A stretch of 64,000 nt of DNA from the NCBI RefSeq assembly GCF_000737315.1, contig NZ_JMCB01000003.1, positions 186,001 to 250,000 on the forward strand. The letters are read 5' to 3'. Shown here piece after piece: positions 27,193-38,700 of this stretch. The notes below the pieces were generated by a model, which saw only the letters and a list, made by a program, of their open reading frames with translations, was not told the DNA's origin and searched no databases. The translations under genes were made by a program, and so were the position numbers. The stretch is from Hyalangium minutum. Lineage in GTDB: Bacteria; Myxococcota; Myxococcia; Myxococcales; Myxococcaceae. Each line of letters starts with the position of its first letter. Position 1 is the first letter of the stretch.

Positions 27193-27816
27193 TCAGCCCT
27201 TCGGGTTTCCCCCCGAGCTCGGCGGTCCGGCATAGCCGCCCTCCGCCAAGCGCTCGCCGCTTATCTGGTAGAGCTCGGCCGTGTGGTGCCCCACGCCGGT
27301 GGCGTCGATCCACCGGTTGTAGAAGTTGAACAGGGCGCAGACGTTGATGGCGTCGTAGATGGCCTCGTCGGACCAGCCGGTGGCCTTCACCGCGTCCATG
27401 TCCTCCTGGCGGATCTTCCCGGGCGAGAGGTTCACCTTCTCCAGGAAGGTGAACAACGCCCGTTCGGCCTCCGAGATCGGAGCCGTGCGGTGATCGTCGA
27501 GGACCGCCTCGACCTTCTTCTCGTCTCCCAGCAGCTTCGCCGCGACCGCGGCGTGAGAGTTCGTTCAAAACAAACAGAAGTTGCCGCGCGAGGTGAAGGC
27601 GGCAATCAGCTCGCGCATGCCCGCGGACAGGGGCGAGGGCCCTCGCATGACCTCCTGGGTGAACTCAGACAGCGCATTCGTGACCTTGGGCTTGAATGCG
27701 AACAGGTGCCAGATGCGAGGGAAGGGCCTGCCCGCTTCGCGGGCCCGGCGGATCAGCTCCCCGTAGTGCCCGGTGCCTTCATAGGCTTCGATGCCCTTCA
27801 GAAACATCGGATCCAT
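27193..27816 (-). CDS. AhpD-like / carboxymuconolactone decarboxylase family peroxidase with in-frame UGA (candidate selenocysteine, CxxU)
   Basis: ORFs 27565-27816 and 27193-27456 are one frame: RELIAAFTSRGNF-C-L-F-UGA-T-N-S-H-AAVAA...ISEAERALFTFLEKV...WSDEAIYDAINVCALFNFYNR; UGA at 27567-27565. Confidence 0.85.
27538..27553 (-). promoter_or_regulatory. Candidate bacterial SECIS hairpin
   Basis: CGCCGC-GGUC-GCGGCG begins 11 nt after the UGA, with GU in the apical loop. Confidence 0.6.
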
Positions 27817-27831
27817 AGAACCTCTTCTCGC

Positions 27832-28758
27832 TCAAGGTGACGTCGCTGGCGCGGGTTGGATCTCCGCCAGCACTTTCTCGTCGATGTGGATCTGCGCACG
27901 CTCGCGCAGTTGGTGGACCAGCGTCTCCAGGGCCTGCGTGCGCCGCTCGGACAGCAGCCGGGTGGCGATGCGATCCTTCACCGACTCCAGCGGGTTGTTC
28001 AAGCCCGCCTGACGCAGCGTCAGCTTGAGGAGGTGGAAGCCTCTCTCCGTCTCCACCAGCGGCCCCACTTCCTGCGGCGACTGGAGCGTGAAGGCCGCCT
28101 GCGCCAGTGCCGTTCCCCACGCTTGCGACAGCTCCTCCGCTGTCCTCGGGCCCAGATCTCCACCCTGCGCCTTGCTGGCCGCATCATCCGAGCGCTCTCG
28201 TGCCAGCGCCTCGAAGCCGTCCTGGCCCGGAGCTCCGGTGGGCGCGCGCACCTTCGCCAGCAGCGCCAGCGCCTCCGCCTTCACTTGCGGCCGCCGGGCG
28301 TCTCCCGCCGCCGCCGCCAGGAAGATGTGGCTCATCCGCACCTGCTCCGGCCGGACGAACTCAGCCCGGTGCTCCTCGTAGTACTGGCGCACCTCCGCCT
28401 CGGACGGAGGCTTCATCTCCTCCGTCACCTGCTTGACCAGCCGTTGGACGATCAGCTTGCGCAGTGCCTGCTGGACCTCGGCGTCCTTGTCCAGGCCTCG
28501 GCGCTCCGCCTCCTGCGCCAGCACCTCGAACTGGATCATCCCGTCCAGGAACTCCTGCTTCCGCTCCACCGTGGTGTAGCGGCCTCGGATGAAGGGCGCC
28601 TGCTCGTCCAGCCGCTGCTTGTACTCCTCCGCCGTGATCGCCGAGGTCCCCACCGTGGCCACCACGGGCTCCGCGGGACGATCCTTCTCCTGCCCACGGC
28701 ACCCCAGGCCCCCCACCAGGCCCAGCACGCAGCAGGCCAGGAACACGCGCTCCGTCAT
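27832..28758 (-). CDS. Parvulin/PrsA-type peptidyl-prolyl isomerase lipoprotein (foldase 1, intact)
   Basis: ATG after GGAG; lipobox GGLGC; SurA-N-like helices; SHIFL, FEALARERSDDAASKAQGGDLG, GFHLLK. Confidence 0.88.
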   Translation of the reverse strand: MTERVFLACCVLGLVGGLGCRGQEKDRPAEPVVATVGTSAITAEEYKQRLDEQAPFIRGRYTTVERKQEFLDGMIQFEVLAQEAERRGLDKDAEVQQALRKLIVQRLVKQVTEEMKPPSEAEVRQYYEEHRAEFVRPEQVRMSHIFLAAAAGDARRPQVKAEALALLAKVRAPTGAPGQDGFEALARERSDDAASKAQGGDLGPRTAEELSQAWGTALAQAAFTLQSPQEVGPLVETERGFHLLKLTLRQAGLNNPLESVKDRIATRLLSERRTQALETLVHQLRERAQIHIDEKVLAEIQPAPATSP

Positions 28759-28893
28759 GTCGCTCCCATCGCTGATCTCGCGGACCGGATCCAGCGAGGC
28801 ATTTACCTGTAGCCAACATACAACGGGAAGTCCTAGGGTCTTCACTTCCGGTCATAGGAGGCGTGGAAGGAGCCTGTGGCTACGGGAGGTTGT

Positions 28894-29787
28894 GTGCGGC
28901 GCTGTCTCGGGTGCCTGATCGTCATCGTGGCGGCCTGTACCTCCGAGGCTCCCAGCACGGCTGGGGCCGACGCGGGCCGTCCCGTGGGCACCGTCGTGGG
29001 CCGCTTCGCAGGAGCCGAGGTCCTCACGGCCGAGGAGGTCTCGCGCGAGGCGGCGCGGCTGCCCCCCGCGCTCCGGGAGCAGTTCGAGACTCCCGCCGGC
29101 CGCCGTGAGTTCGCCCGCTCGCTGATCGACAAGCGCCTCCTGGTGCGCGAGGCCCAGCGCCGGAAGCTGACCGAGGATCCCGAGCTCCGCCGTCAGGTGC
29201 GCGAGTTGGAGGAGCGGCTGGCGGTGCAGGCGCTGCTGGCCCAGGAAGAGGCCGCCGCCGGGAAGCCCTCGGAGCAGGAGCTCCGAGCCTGGTTCGACTC
29301 GCACCGCGCGGAGCTGGCCCGGCCGGAGCAGGTGAGGGTGGGCCGTATCCTCGTGAACGTGGGCGCGAAGGCCTCCGAAGCGGAGCGCACCCGGGCCCGG
29401 CAAAAGGTGGAGGCGGCGGCAGCGCGGCTGCGGCGCGGCGAGTCCCTGGCGAAGGTGGCCCCGGAGGGTGAAGGCCCCGAGCGGATGAAGGGCGGAGAGC
29501 TCGGGCTGGTGGTCCGTGGAGGCGGGCTCGAGCCTTCCCTGGAGCAGGCCGCTTTCGCCCTGGAGCGCCCAGGCGCTGTGTCCGCGGTGGTGGCCCTGCG
29601 CGAGGGCTTCGCGGTGCTCACGCTCCTGGAGCGTAAGCCGCCGCGCGTGCCCACCTTCGAGGAGGTCCGCGCCGAGGTGGAAGGCCGCTTCGCTCCCGCG
29701 CACAAGCGGCAGATGTTCGATGCGCTTCTGGAGCGGCTGCGCCAGGAGGCCGGTGTCGAGCTCGTGGAATCCCGGGAGGCCCCATGA
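28894..29787 (+). CDS. Parvulin/PrsA-type foldase lipoprotein 2 (degenerate active site)
   Basis: GTG after GGAGG; lipobox IVAAC; GRILV, GGELG, EQAAFAL, GFAVL (both parvulin His replaced). Confidence 0.82.
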   Translation: MRRCLGCLIVIVAACTSEAPSTAGADAGRPVGTVVGRFAGAEVLTAEEVSREAARLPPALREQFETPAGRREFARSLIDKRLLVREAQRRKLTEDPELRRQVRELEERLAVQALLAQEEAAAGKPSEQELRAWFDSHRAELARPEQVRVGRILVNVGAKASEAERTRARQKVEAAAARLRRGESLAKVAPEGEGPERMKGGELGLVVRGGGLEPSLEQAAFALERPGAVSAVVALREGFAVLTLLERKPPRVPTFEEVRAEVEGRFAPAHKRQMFDALLERLRQEAGVELVESREAP

Positions 29788-32700
29788 GCTTACCGGGTGG
29801 ACGCATGCTGCGTGCCGCCGCGCTGCTCGCGCTGGTGCTGCCGCTCACGGCGTGGTCCGCCACGGTGACCGCGGCCTTTCCCCTCGTTCCCCTGAGGCCG
29901 GGCGCTACGACCGCGGAGGTGGGGGTCGAAGTCCAGGGGCCCGCGGAGCAGGTGCTGATCTCGGTCACGGGCCAGTCCGCGTCCCGGGGATCCTTCGCCT
30001 CGCTGGCCAACGTGGTGGTGGATCGGGATCAGGCCGGGGCCGTGTCCTTCCATACGCTCGTGACGTTCTCCCAGCCGTTCCCGGAGGATGGCGTGCTGGA
30101 GGTGGTCGCCCGGCCTGTGGGAGACGGAGAGGACACCTCTCTCACCACGCGCTTCGATGCCGCGGCCCCGCCGCCTCGCTTTGGCCCAACGCCCCTCCGT
30201 GTGCGGGCCGATCTCGACAACCAGACGATCATCCTGGAGCTGGCCTACGCGGGGAACGCGGTGGCTGCCGAGGCCTCCGTGGTGGGCGCCTCCGCCGAGG
30301 AGCTTCGCCGCGTCCAGGGCAGCCTCGAGGACGTCGAGCCCGTCTCCTTTGTCCAGGCCCGCCGCCTCCTGGCCCGGCCCTCCACCGCTACGCCGGGCCG
30401 CATCGTCTTTGCTGTTCCCCTGGGCACCGCGCCGATCCCTCATGACGGCGTGGTGATCGCGGATGTGGCGCTGAGGGATGCCTTCGGCCGCACGGTGCAC
30501 ACCTCGGCCGTCGAGTTCACCCAGGCCACCGCGTTCGATCCCGTGGTGGGTGTGTCCGTGGAGCCCTCGCCGCTGCTGCTCTCCGAGGGCTTCGGCCAGC
30601 GCGTGCCCCTGCAGGTAGCGGGCAGCTTCGCCATCGCGGGTGAGGTGGATCTGTCCGGTGCGCACCGGGGCGTGCAGTACCGCTCGCTGGACGAGGGCGT
30701 GGCCTCCGTCACCGAGGATGGTCAGGTGGTCGCTCGCGCCAATGGCGAGACGGACATCGAGATCTCCTACGCGGGCTACACCGCCACCGCGCATGTGGTG
30801 GTGGACTCCTCGGCGGTGGTGGAGCGGCTGGAGGTGATGCCGGAGGCTCCCGTCATTCCGCGCGTGGGAGGCTCGATCCGGCTGGGCCTGGAGGGCGTGC
30901 TGAGCGACGGGCGCCGGGTGGATCTGTCCTCCCGCACGCTGGGCACCACCTGGAGCAGCCTGGATCCCAGCGTGCTCACCGTCCACTCGGATGGGCGCGC
31001 GGTGGGCCTGCGCCCGGGCACCGCACGCGTGGAGGCCCGCAACGCCGGCTACTCCGCCCTGCGCGTCGTGGAGGTGCAGGATGGGCCTCCCGAGATCAGC
31101 CTCTCCGCGCCATCTCAGGTGGTGGAGGGTGCCGACTTCGAGCTCAAGGCTCGCGCCCAGGACGATGTCGCGCTGGCCTTCGTGGAGTTCCTTGTCAACG
31201 GGGTGGTCACCACGCGGCTGACGGCCCCTCCCTTCACGATCAAGCTGCGCGCCCCTCCCGTCGCGGGCGGAGAGATGGTGATCGGGGCGGTGGCGGTGGA
31301 CTCGCATGGCTCGCGGACCCGGGCCACGGACGTCACCTTGAAGGTGCAGCCCGGGCAGGGCGCCAGCTCGAAGACGATCGTCTATGAGACGCCCCTGCCG
31401 GGTGCGCTGCTGCTGGAGGGACTGCCCCACACGGTGAGCCTCACCAGTGGGGACGCGCGCAGTGGCACGCTCTCTCCACAGGACTTCCAGCTCGTCCGCT
31501 ACTACGCGGATGGGGCGCTCCTCGGCACGGTTCGCACGCCGCGCGTCGAGATGCGCAACCTGGAGGAGGATCCCACCGAGCCGCCTGAGTACGTCGCCGT
31601 GCCGCTGTGGGAGCTGAGCTATGTGCCGCGCGCGGGCACCGCCGGCACGGTCGTGGCGCTGTACGCCGAGGCTGTGGATGCCCGGGGTGCCACGGCTCGC
31701 GGGGCCACCATCCTGGTTCGGATCGCGCGGGATGGGCCGCCGCTCGTCACCCTCCGGAGTCCCTCGGGGCCTCGGGTGCAAGCCACTGCGGGCCGCCCCG
31801 TGCAGCTCACGGGCCTTGTCGAGGACGACACCGTGACGCTCGGGGTGGAGCTCTCCCTGTTGGTGGATGGTGCCCAGGTGAGCAGCACGCGGCTGGTAGG
31901 CGAGGGGCTCGGGGGCACCCGCGCGGGCTCCGCGCCCTTCTCGATCTCCTGGACGCCTCCCGTCTCCAGCATCGGCCGGCTCGTGCGGCTGCAGTTCATG
32001 GCCCGGGATGTGGGGGACCACGAGAGCCGCGCCTCACTGGAGGCCTCTGTCGTCGCGGATGCGCCTCCTCAGATCTCCCTCCAGACGCCACCGCCCGGCA
32101 GCCAGGTGCTCGCGGGCACGACGCAGTTCCTCACGGCCTCGGTGGTGGATGACAGCGCGGGGCCTGTCGAGGTGACCTGGCGCGTGAACGGCGTTCCCGT
32201 GGGGGCGTCGCGCTCGCCTCCGTACCGCACCTCCTGGTCCGTCCCCACGTCGGCCGCCGGGAGCACGCTCCAGCTTCAGGCCACCGCGCGGGACTCCACG
32301 GGCAACGAGGCCCAGGCCAGCGGAGAGCTCTTCGTCGTCAGCGACACCACGCGCCCCAGCATCTCCCTCGTGGTGCCGCGCCCGCTGGCGGAGGTGCCGG
32401 AGACACAGGATCTGGTGGTGTCCGTGGCGGGACAGGACGATGCCACCGTCAAGAAGGTGGAGGTGCTGCTGGAAGGGGAGGTGCTGGCCACCGACGATGA
32501 CCCCGGGCCCAACGGAACCCAGCTGGGCTCCTTCCTCACGCACACCCTGGTGCGCTCCGCCCAGCTCATGGGCCGCCAGCAGATCCGGCTGGGAGCGCGC
32601 GCGTATGACGCCTCGGGGAACGTGGGCTCGGCGCCCGAGGTGCTCGTCAAGGTGCTGCCCGATGCGCCGCCCACCGTGCGCTTCGTGCTCCCCGCGGCCA

Positions 32701-35700
32701 ACACGCGGGCCACCATCGGCACGCCGCTGGAGTTGATCGCCGAGGCCGATGACGATGTGGCCGTCTCTTCCGTGGAGTTCTTCGCGGACGGGAACTCTTC
32801 GTGCCGCGCCACGCTCCCGCCCTACCGGTGCACGATCACCGTGACGGGACCCGCCCGGACGCTCCACCTGCGGGCCGTGGCCTCGGATGCTGGAGGGCGC
32901 AGCAGCTCCGCGGAGGTGGCCGTCCAGGTCAGCGAGGATCGTGAGCCGCCGCTGGTGGCCTTCCGCTCTCCGTCCGAGGGCAGCTTCACCTTCGCCGGGC
33001 GGAACCTGTCCGTGGAGGTGGCGGCCAGTGACGACGTGGGCGTGCGCGATGTCCGGTTGGAACTGGACGGGCAGACGGTGGGCACCCAGAGCGGCGGCGT
33101 GGTGGATGGGCTCTACCGCCTCTTCCGCTGGCAGGTGCCCATTCCCGCGGGGGCGGCCGGTCACACGCTGGCATTCAAGGCGGTGGCCACGGACACCTCG
33201 GGCCTCACGCGCGAGCGCTTGCTGGAGGTTCGCGCCCGCAGGGATGAGGCGCCCGCTGTCTCGCTCACCTCTCCGGCCCCCAACAGCTTCTATAAGGAGG
33301 GAGAGGACGTCCGGCTCGTGGTGACGGTGGCGGATGACGAGGGCGTCATCGGGCTCGTGGGCCTGTCCGGTGGCCGCAGGCAGGGGACGTTGGCCCAGTC
33401 CGGGCCGCTGCTGGATGTCTCCCGGCCTCAGGCGCTTACCGTCCGCGCGCCCTCCATCTTCCGGGGTGAGCCTCCCACCGTGGGCGCCGAGGCGCGCGAC
33501 ACGGCCGGTCAGTCCGGTGTGGCCACGGTGATGCTGAACGTGGCGAGGGACCTCGAGCCGCCCTCGGCGCTGATGATCTCACCGCTGCCTCCCGCCACCG
33601 GCCACCTCCGGGTGAACGAAGGCGGCGCCTTCTCGCTGCGCGTGGAGGTGGAGGACGACGTGCGCGTGGTGCGCGTCGCGGCGGTGGTGGATGGGCAAGA
33701 GCTGCCCGTCGTGAATGGACGTGAGCCGCTGGGTCCTCAGAACGAGCGCTTCGAGGAGGTGCGTGTCCAGGATCCGGTGATGCCGGGGCAGATCATCGTC
33801 AGCCGCCGCTACCTGGGCACCTTCGCGGGGACGGCGAGCCTGGCGCAGTACTCGGTGGGGCTCCACACGCTGGCGGCCCGGGCCTATGACGCGGGCGGGA
33901 ATGCCACCACCACCCCGGCACTGTCCTTCGAGATCCTCGAGGTGCAGGATCTGGCACCGCCTCGGGTGACCCTGACGCTGGAGGGAGGCCCGGATGAGCG
34001 CACGTGCGTGGCCGGAGCGCCCATGAAGCTGCGGGTCTCCGCCACGGATGACGTGTCGATCCGGGAGGCTTCGGTCACCTTCGAGGGCCAGCCCGTGACG
34101 ATCCGAAACCCTCCGGAGCGCTCGCCTCGGAACTGGCAGGAGGAGATCCCCTTTCAGTTCCCGCCGCTCGGGACGGGCGGCCGCCGGACCGTCACCTTCC
34201 TGGCCCGCGTCACGGATGGAGCCCAGCACACTGGCGTGGTGAGTCGCACTTGCGAGCTGACGCCAGATGGGCCTCCGCAGATCCTGGTGGTGAGCCCCAC
34301 GGCGCGCGCGGCTCTCACGGAGGAAGGCACCGAGCCCGTCCAGGTGGACGTGAGCGATGACGTGGGCGTCCGGCGAGGGCTGAGGGTGCTGTCCACCTCG
34401 GCGGTGGCCGTGCCGGGCATCGGCAGCTTCGAGGTGACGGCGACCGCGGCGCATGAGGGACTGGGCGTCCCGAGCGCCACGCTGATCCCGGGCGATGGGC
34501 CTGGCTTCTCCGTCGAGGCCCTGGAGGGGCGGCTGCTGATCTCTCCGCCAGGGGAGGGGCAGGGGACGGGCACTACCGCACCGGGCCGTCTGCGGCTGAA
34601 CGTGGAGCCTTCTCCCGCGGGGCACGGTGCCTTGGCCCAGGTGCGCTTCCGCTACGTCGTGAAGCCAGGGCACGAGGGCAGCACTGCGCTCCAGTCGTTC
34701 CGCTCCGCATTCCCCGACGGCGTGGGCAGCGTCACGCTCTCCGCGCCTGCCTTCTCCGCGGATCTGTCGTTCCCCTCCCAAGACATCGAGATGGAGGAGG
34801 TGGACATCCAGTTGTCCAAGGCGTCCGCGAACGCCGAGGAACTGGCGGTGACCCGGCTGGGCCTGCGCGGGTGGGGCACGCCGCAGCTCCAGCTCCGTGC
34901 TGAGGCTGCCGGCGAGCGCGTGGCGGTGCAGCGGTGGAACACGGGGGTGGCGCCCTCCCGGCCCGGACAGGTGAAGCGGATCGACGAAGCGGTGTGGCTG
35001 CCTCGGGGGCAGGCGCCGCGGGACTCCCAGCTAACCGTGCTGGCCGAGGATGTGGCCGGGCTCGTGGGCCGCGTGGCGATCCCGATCGTCGCGCGCACGG
35101 ACACGGACCCGCCCACGGCCTCCATCGTCTCCCCCGGCAACGGCGCGTCGGTGGTGGAGGACACTGTCTTCGAGGTCCAGGTGAGCGCCCAGGACAACGC
35201 GCGTCTGGATCAGCTGGAGCTGTGGGTGGATGGGCAGTCGCGCCAGGTGATGCGCGTGGGACCCGGGCCGTCCGGATCGCCTCAGGCGCACCGGTTCTCA
35301 CTCTCCCTGCCGCTGCCGGCCTCGGGGTACCCGGCCGCGCTGTCGGTGGTGGCGCGGGATGGGGCGGGCAATGCCACGGCGTCGGACACAGCCTATGTGC
35401 GTGTCATCCCCGATGTGGCGCCGTCGGTGACGTTCCAGTCGTTGACCTCCGCGGTGGAGTCGTTCACCCGCACCGAGCTGGACAGCGGCTACGTCGTGAT
35501 GCTGCAGGGCGTCCCCGCCACGCTGGGGATGCTGCTGGAGGATGACGCGGGCCTGGCCTCCATGCGCGTCCAGTTCGGCGATCAAGTGGTGAAGGAGGAG
35601 TCCTTCACGGGCGCGCCGCTGACGGCCGGGCGGCAGGTGACGTTCACTCCGCCCGTGGGCCGGGACGGCGCCCCCGTGGTGCTGCTCGTGTCGCTCACGG

Positions 35701-38700
35701 ACTCTGCGGGCCATACGCGGCAGACCCGGCTGCTCATCGAGTCCCGGAGGCCCCGGCCTCCCGCGCTGGCGCTGGCCGCGCCTACCCCTGGCGCTACCAT
35801 CGCCGAGGGCAGCATTCAGCTCCTCTTCGACGCCGTGGCCGTGGACGACACCGGGGTCGACCATGTGCAGCTGTTCATCAACGGCCAGCCCGCGCTGATC
35901 CTCACCCGGGGAGAGCCCATTGCGTGGAACCTGGATCCGCAGAGCGGGGCGGTGGTCGTCGCCGATCCCGCGCTCCGGCAGGCCGTGGCCTCCCTGCCCC
36001 CCGAGGACCAGGATCTGCAGCGCCTCCGGCACTACCGGGGTCAGGTGAAGCTGCCGCCCGGGTTCGTGGCGCTGGTGCCCGGGCGCACGGACGCGGCGCT
36101 CCAACTGCGCACCATCGCCGCAGATAAGGAGGGGCACGAGACGGTGCTCGATCAGCCGCTCCGCATCGAGGCGGACGTGGCGACCCCGCTCGTGGAGGTG
36201 CTGCGGCCCGTGCTGGGGCGCAACGTGGTGGAGGGCACCTCCGTGCTCGTGGAGGTGTCCGCCCGCGACAACGTGCTGGTGGATCGGGTGGAGATCCTCG
36301 CGGGGCCTAGCGCCTCCGAGCTGCGCGTGGTGCACACCGCAGGCGGCTTCCCGCCCACGAACGCCGTGCCGGGCTCACCCTTTGATGTGTACGCGCCCCT
36401 GGTGCAGTACGCGTTCACGGTGCCCACGCTGGCGCAGCTCGGCTCCACGGTGCCGGTGCCGTACTTCGTCGCCGCGCGCGCCCGGGACATCAGTGGCAAC
36501 TGGACGGCCCCCGCCGACTTCGTCATCCAGCCCATCGAGATCATCCAGGACCAGCCGCCTGGGGTCTCCATCCTCTCGCCCGCGGATGGCACTCCGGCAG
36601 TCGCCAACAGCACGATCACCGTGTCGGTGATGGCCGAGGATGACGTGGCCGTGGGCAACGTGCGCCTGGAGGTGGATGGCACGCCGCTGCCCGTCACGCT
36701 GCACGCGCCGCCTTTCTCCTTCCATGTGCCGGTCCCGGATCGCGCGGGCGAGCTCCGGCTGCGCGCGGTGGCGGTGGACTCGGGAGGCCATCAGGTGGGC
36801 AGCCAGGTGGTGATCCTGCCGCTGCGCGACGATCTGGCGCCCACTGTCGCCGTGGCGCAGCCTCGTCCGGAGGCTCGGCTCACGGAGGGCCGGGACTTCG
36901 CGCTGGTGGTGGCGGCGCAGGACGACGTGGCCATCCGCAGCGTGGAGGTGCTGGTGGAGGGCGGGCTCGCGGGCCCACTGCGCCTGGTGGCCTCCAACCT
37001 GCCGTACTCCTTCCGCGTTCCGTTGCCTCCGGGCTCGGCGGGGAGGACGCTGCGCATCGTCGCTCGGGCCCGGGACTCGGCCGGACACGAGTCCGTGGCC
37101 CCCGAGGTGACGGCCCTGGCGGTGGCGGACACCTCGCGCCCCACGGTGGCGTGGTTGCGCCCTGCCGCGGGCTCGCAGGCCCTGGAGGGCTCGGTGGTGG
37201 AGCTGGAGGTGGACGCGCGAGACGACGTCGCCGTCAACAGCCTGGAGCTGCGCCTCAATGATCAGCCGCTGGCCATCATGCCCACGCCGCCGTTCCGGAT
37301 GACGTACCACGTCCCGGCGCAGGGGGGAGGGCAGGCGCTGGTGTTCTCCGCCATCGCTCGGGATCCCTCTGGCAACCAGACCGTGGAGACGCGCCGCCTG
37401 GAGATCGCGGAGGACGAGCCTCCGTCCGTCTCGGTGATTGCGCCGACGCGGCTCGTGGTGGGCAACCCCGCGCTGCTGCGCGCCCAGGCCAGCGATGACG
37501 TGGCCGTCACCGAGATTGGCTTCCATGTGGGATCGGATCCGGCGGCCTTGAGCGAGGTGGCCCGGCGCTACCAGTTGCCTTACGAGTTCCGCTACGCGGC
37601 CACCGAGGCCGATGTGGGCAAGGTGCTGACGATCCGGGGCCGAGCCATGGATCTGGCGGGCCATGAAGCGTGGTCCGTCCCCGTGCAGGCGCTGGTGGTG
37701 CCGGACACACCTCCCACCGTGGCGGTTCGGAAGCCCCTGGCGGGCGAGGCGATCTTCGAGGGCCAGCGCCTGCGTCTGGAGGTGGAGGCCACGGACGTGG
37801 AAGGCCCCATCAAGCAGGTGGCCTTCTTCGTGGACGGGCGCAAGGTGCACGTGGCCACCACGCCTGCGGGCATCCCCGGTTCGCCCAACCTCTTTGCCAC
37901 GAGCTACAGCCCACCGGTGGGCAGCGGCAACCGGCTGCTGCGGATCACGGCGGTGGCGGTGGACTCGGCCAACCAGGAGACGGAGTCCGCGCCGGTCGTC
38001 GTGGGCACGGTGCGCGACACGGTGCCGCCGGAGACCCAGCTCGTCGATCCCATGGTGTGGGAGCTCGTCACCGAGGCCGAGCCTGTGGAGTGGACGGCCG
38101 CGGCCCTGGACGAGTCCGCCGTGGTGGGGGTGCGCTTCCTGGTGGATGGGCAGCAGGTGGGGCCACCGTCGACCGTGCCGAGGCCGGGGCCCTCCAACCG
38201 GCCGCTGTATTACGGCACATGGCTGCCTCCCTCGGGTGCCGCGGGACAGACGCGCACGCTCACCGCAGAGGCCACGGATCCGTCCCAGAACGTGGGCCGT
38301 GCCGAGCCTGTCACCGTCGAGCTGGGCATGCGCCCCGAGCCCGCGGTGGAGCTGGTGGTGGAGCCCTACGCGCGGCGGCAGGCCGGGATGGCGGCGGATG
38401 GCGAGGGCCTCGTCATTCATGGGGCTCTGCTGAAGGACGTGCCCCTGCCCCCGCCCAACGACACGGTGAAGCGGGATGAGGGCCGACTGGCACTGGCCCG
38501 GCTGGACCTGAACGGGCTGGCGCCGCTGGGGACTGTGAAGGTGACGGGCTCTCCGGTGAGCCAGACGTTGCTGGGACGGCTGGCGCTCGTGGCGATGGGC
38601 CCCGTCTTCGATCCTGTGGGCAAGAAGACGATCCCCGCGCAGCTGCAGGTGGTGGATCTGTCCAACACCGCCGTGCCCCGGCTGAGGGGAGTGGTGGATC

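Noticed and set aside
27193-27816. Two separate small genes or an ordinary nonsense pseudogene
   Set aside because: The stop falls exactly on the catalytic Cys position, a SECIS-like hairpin follows and both halves look intact; kept as a recoding candidate, although pseudogene status cannot be fully excluded
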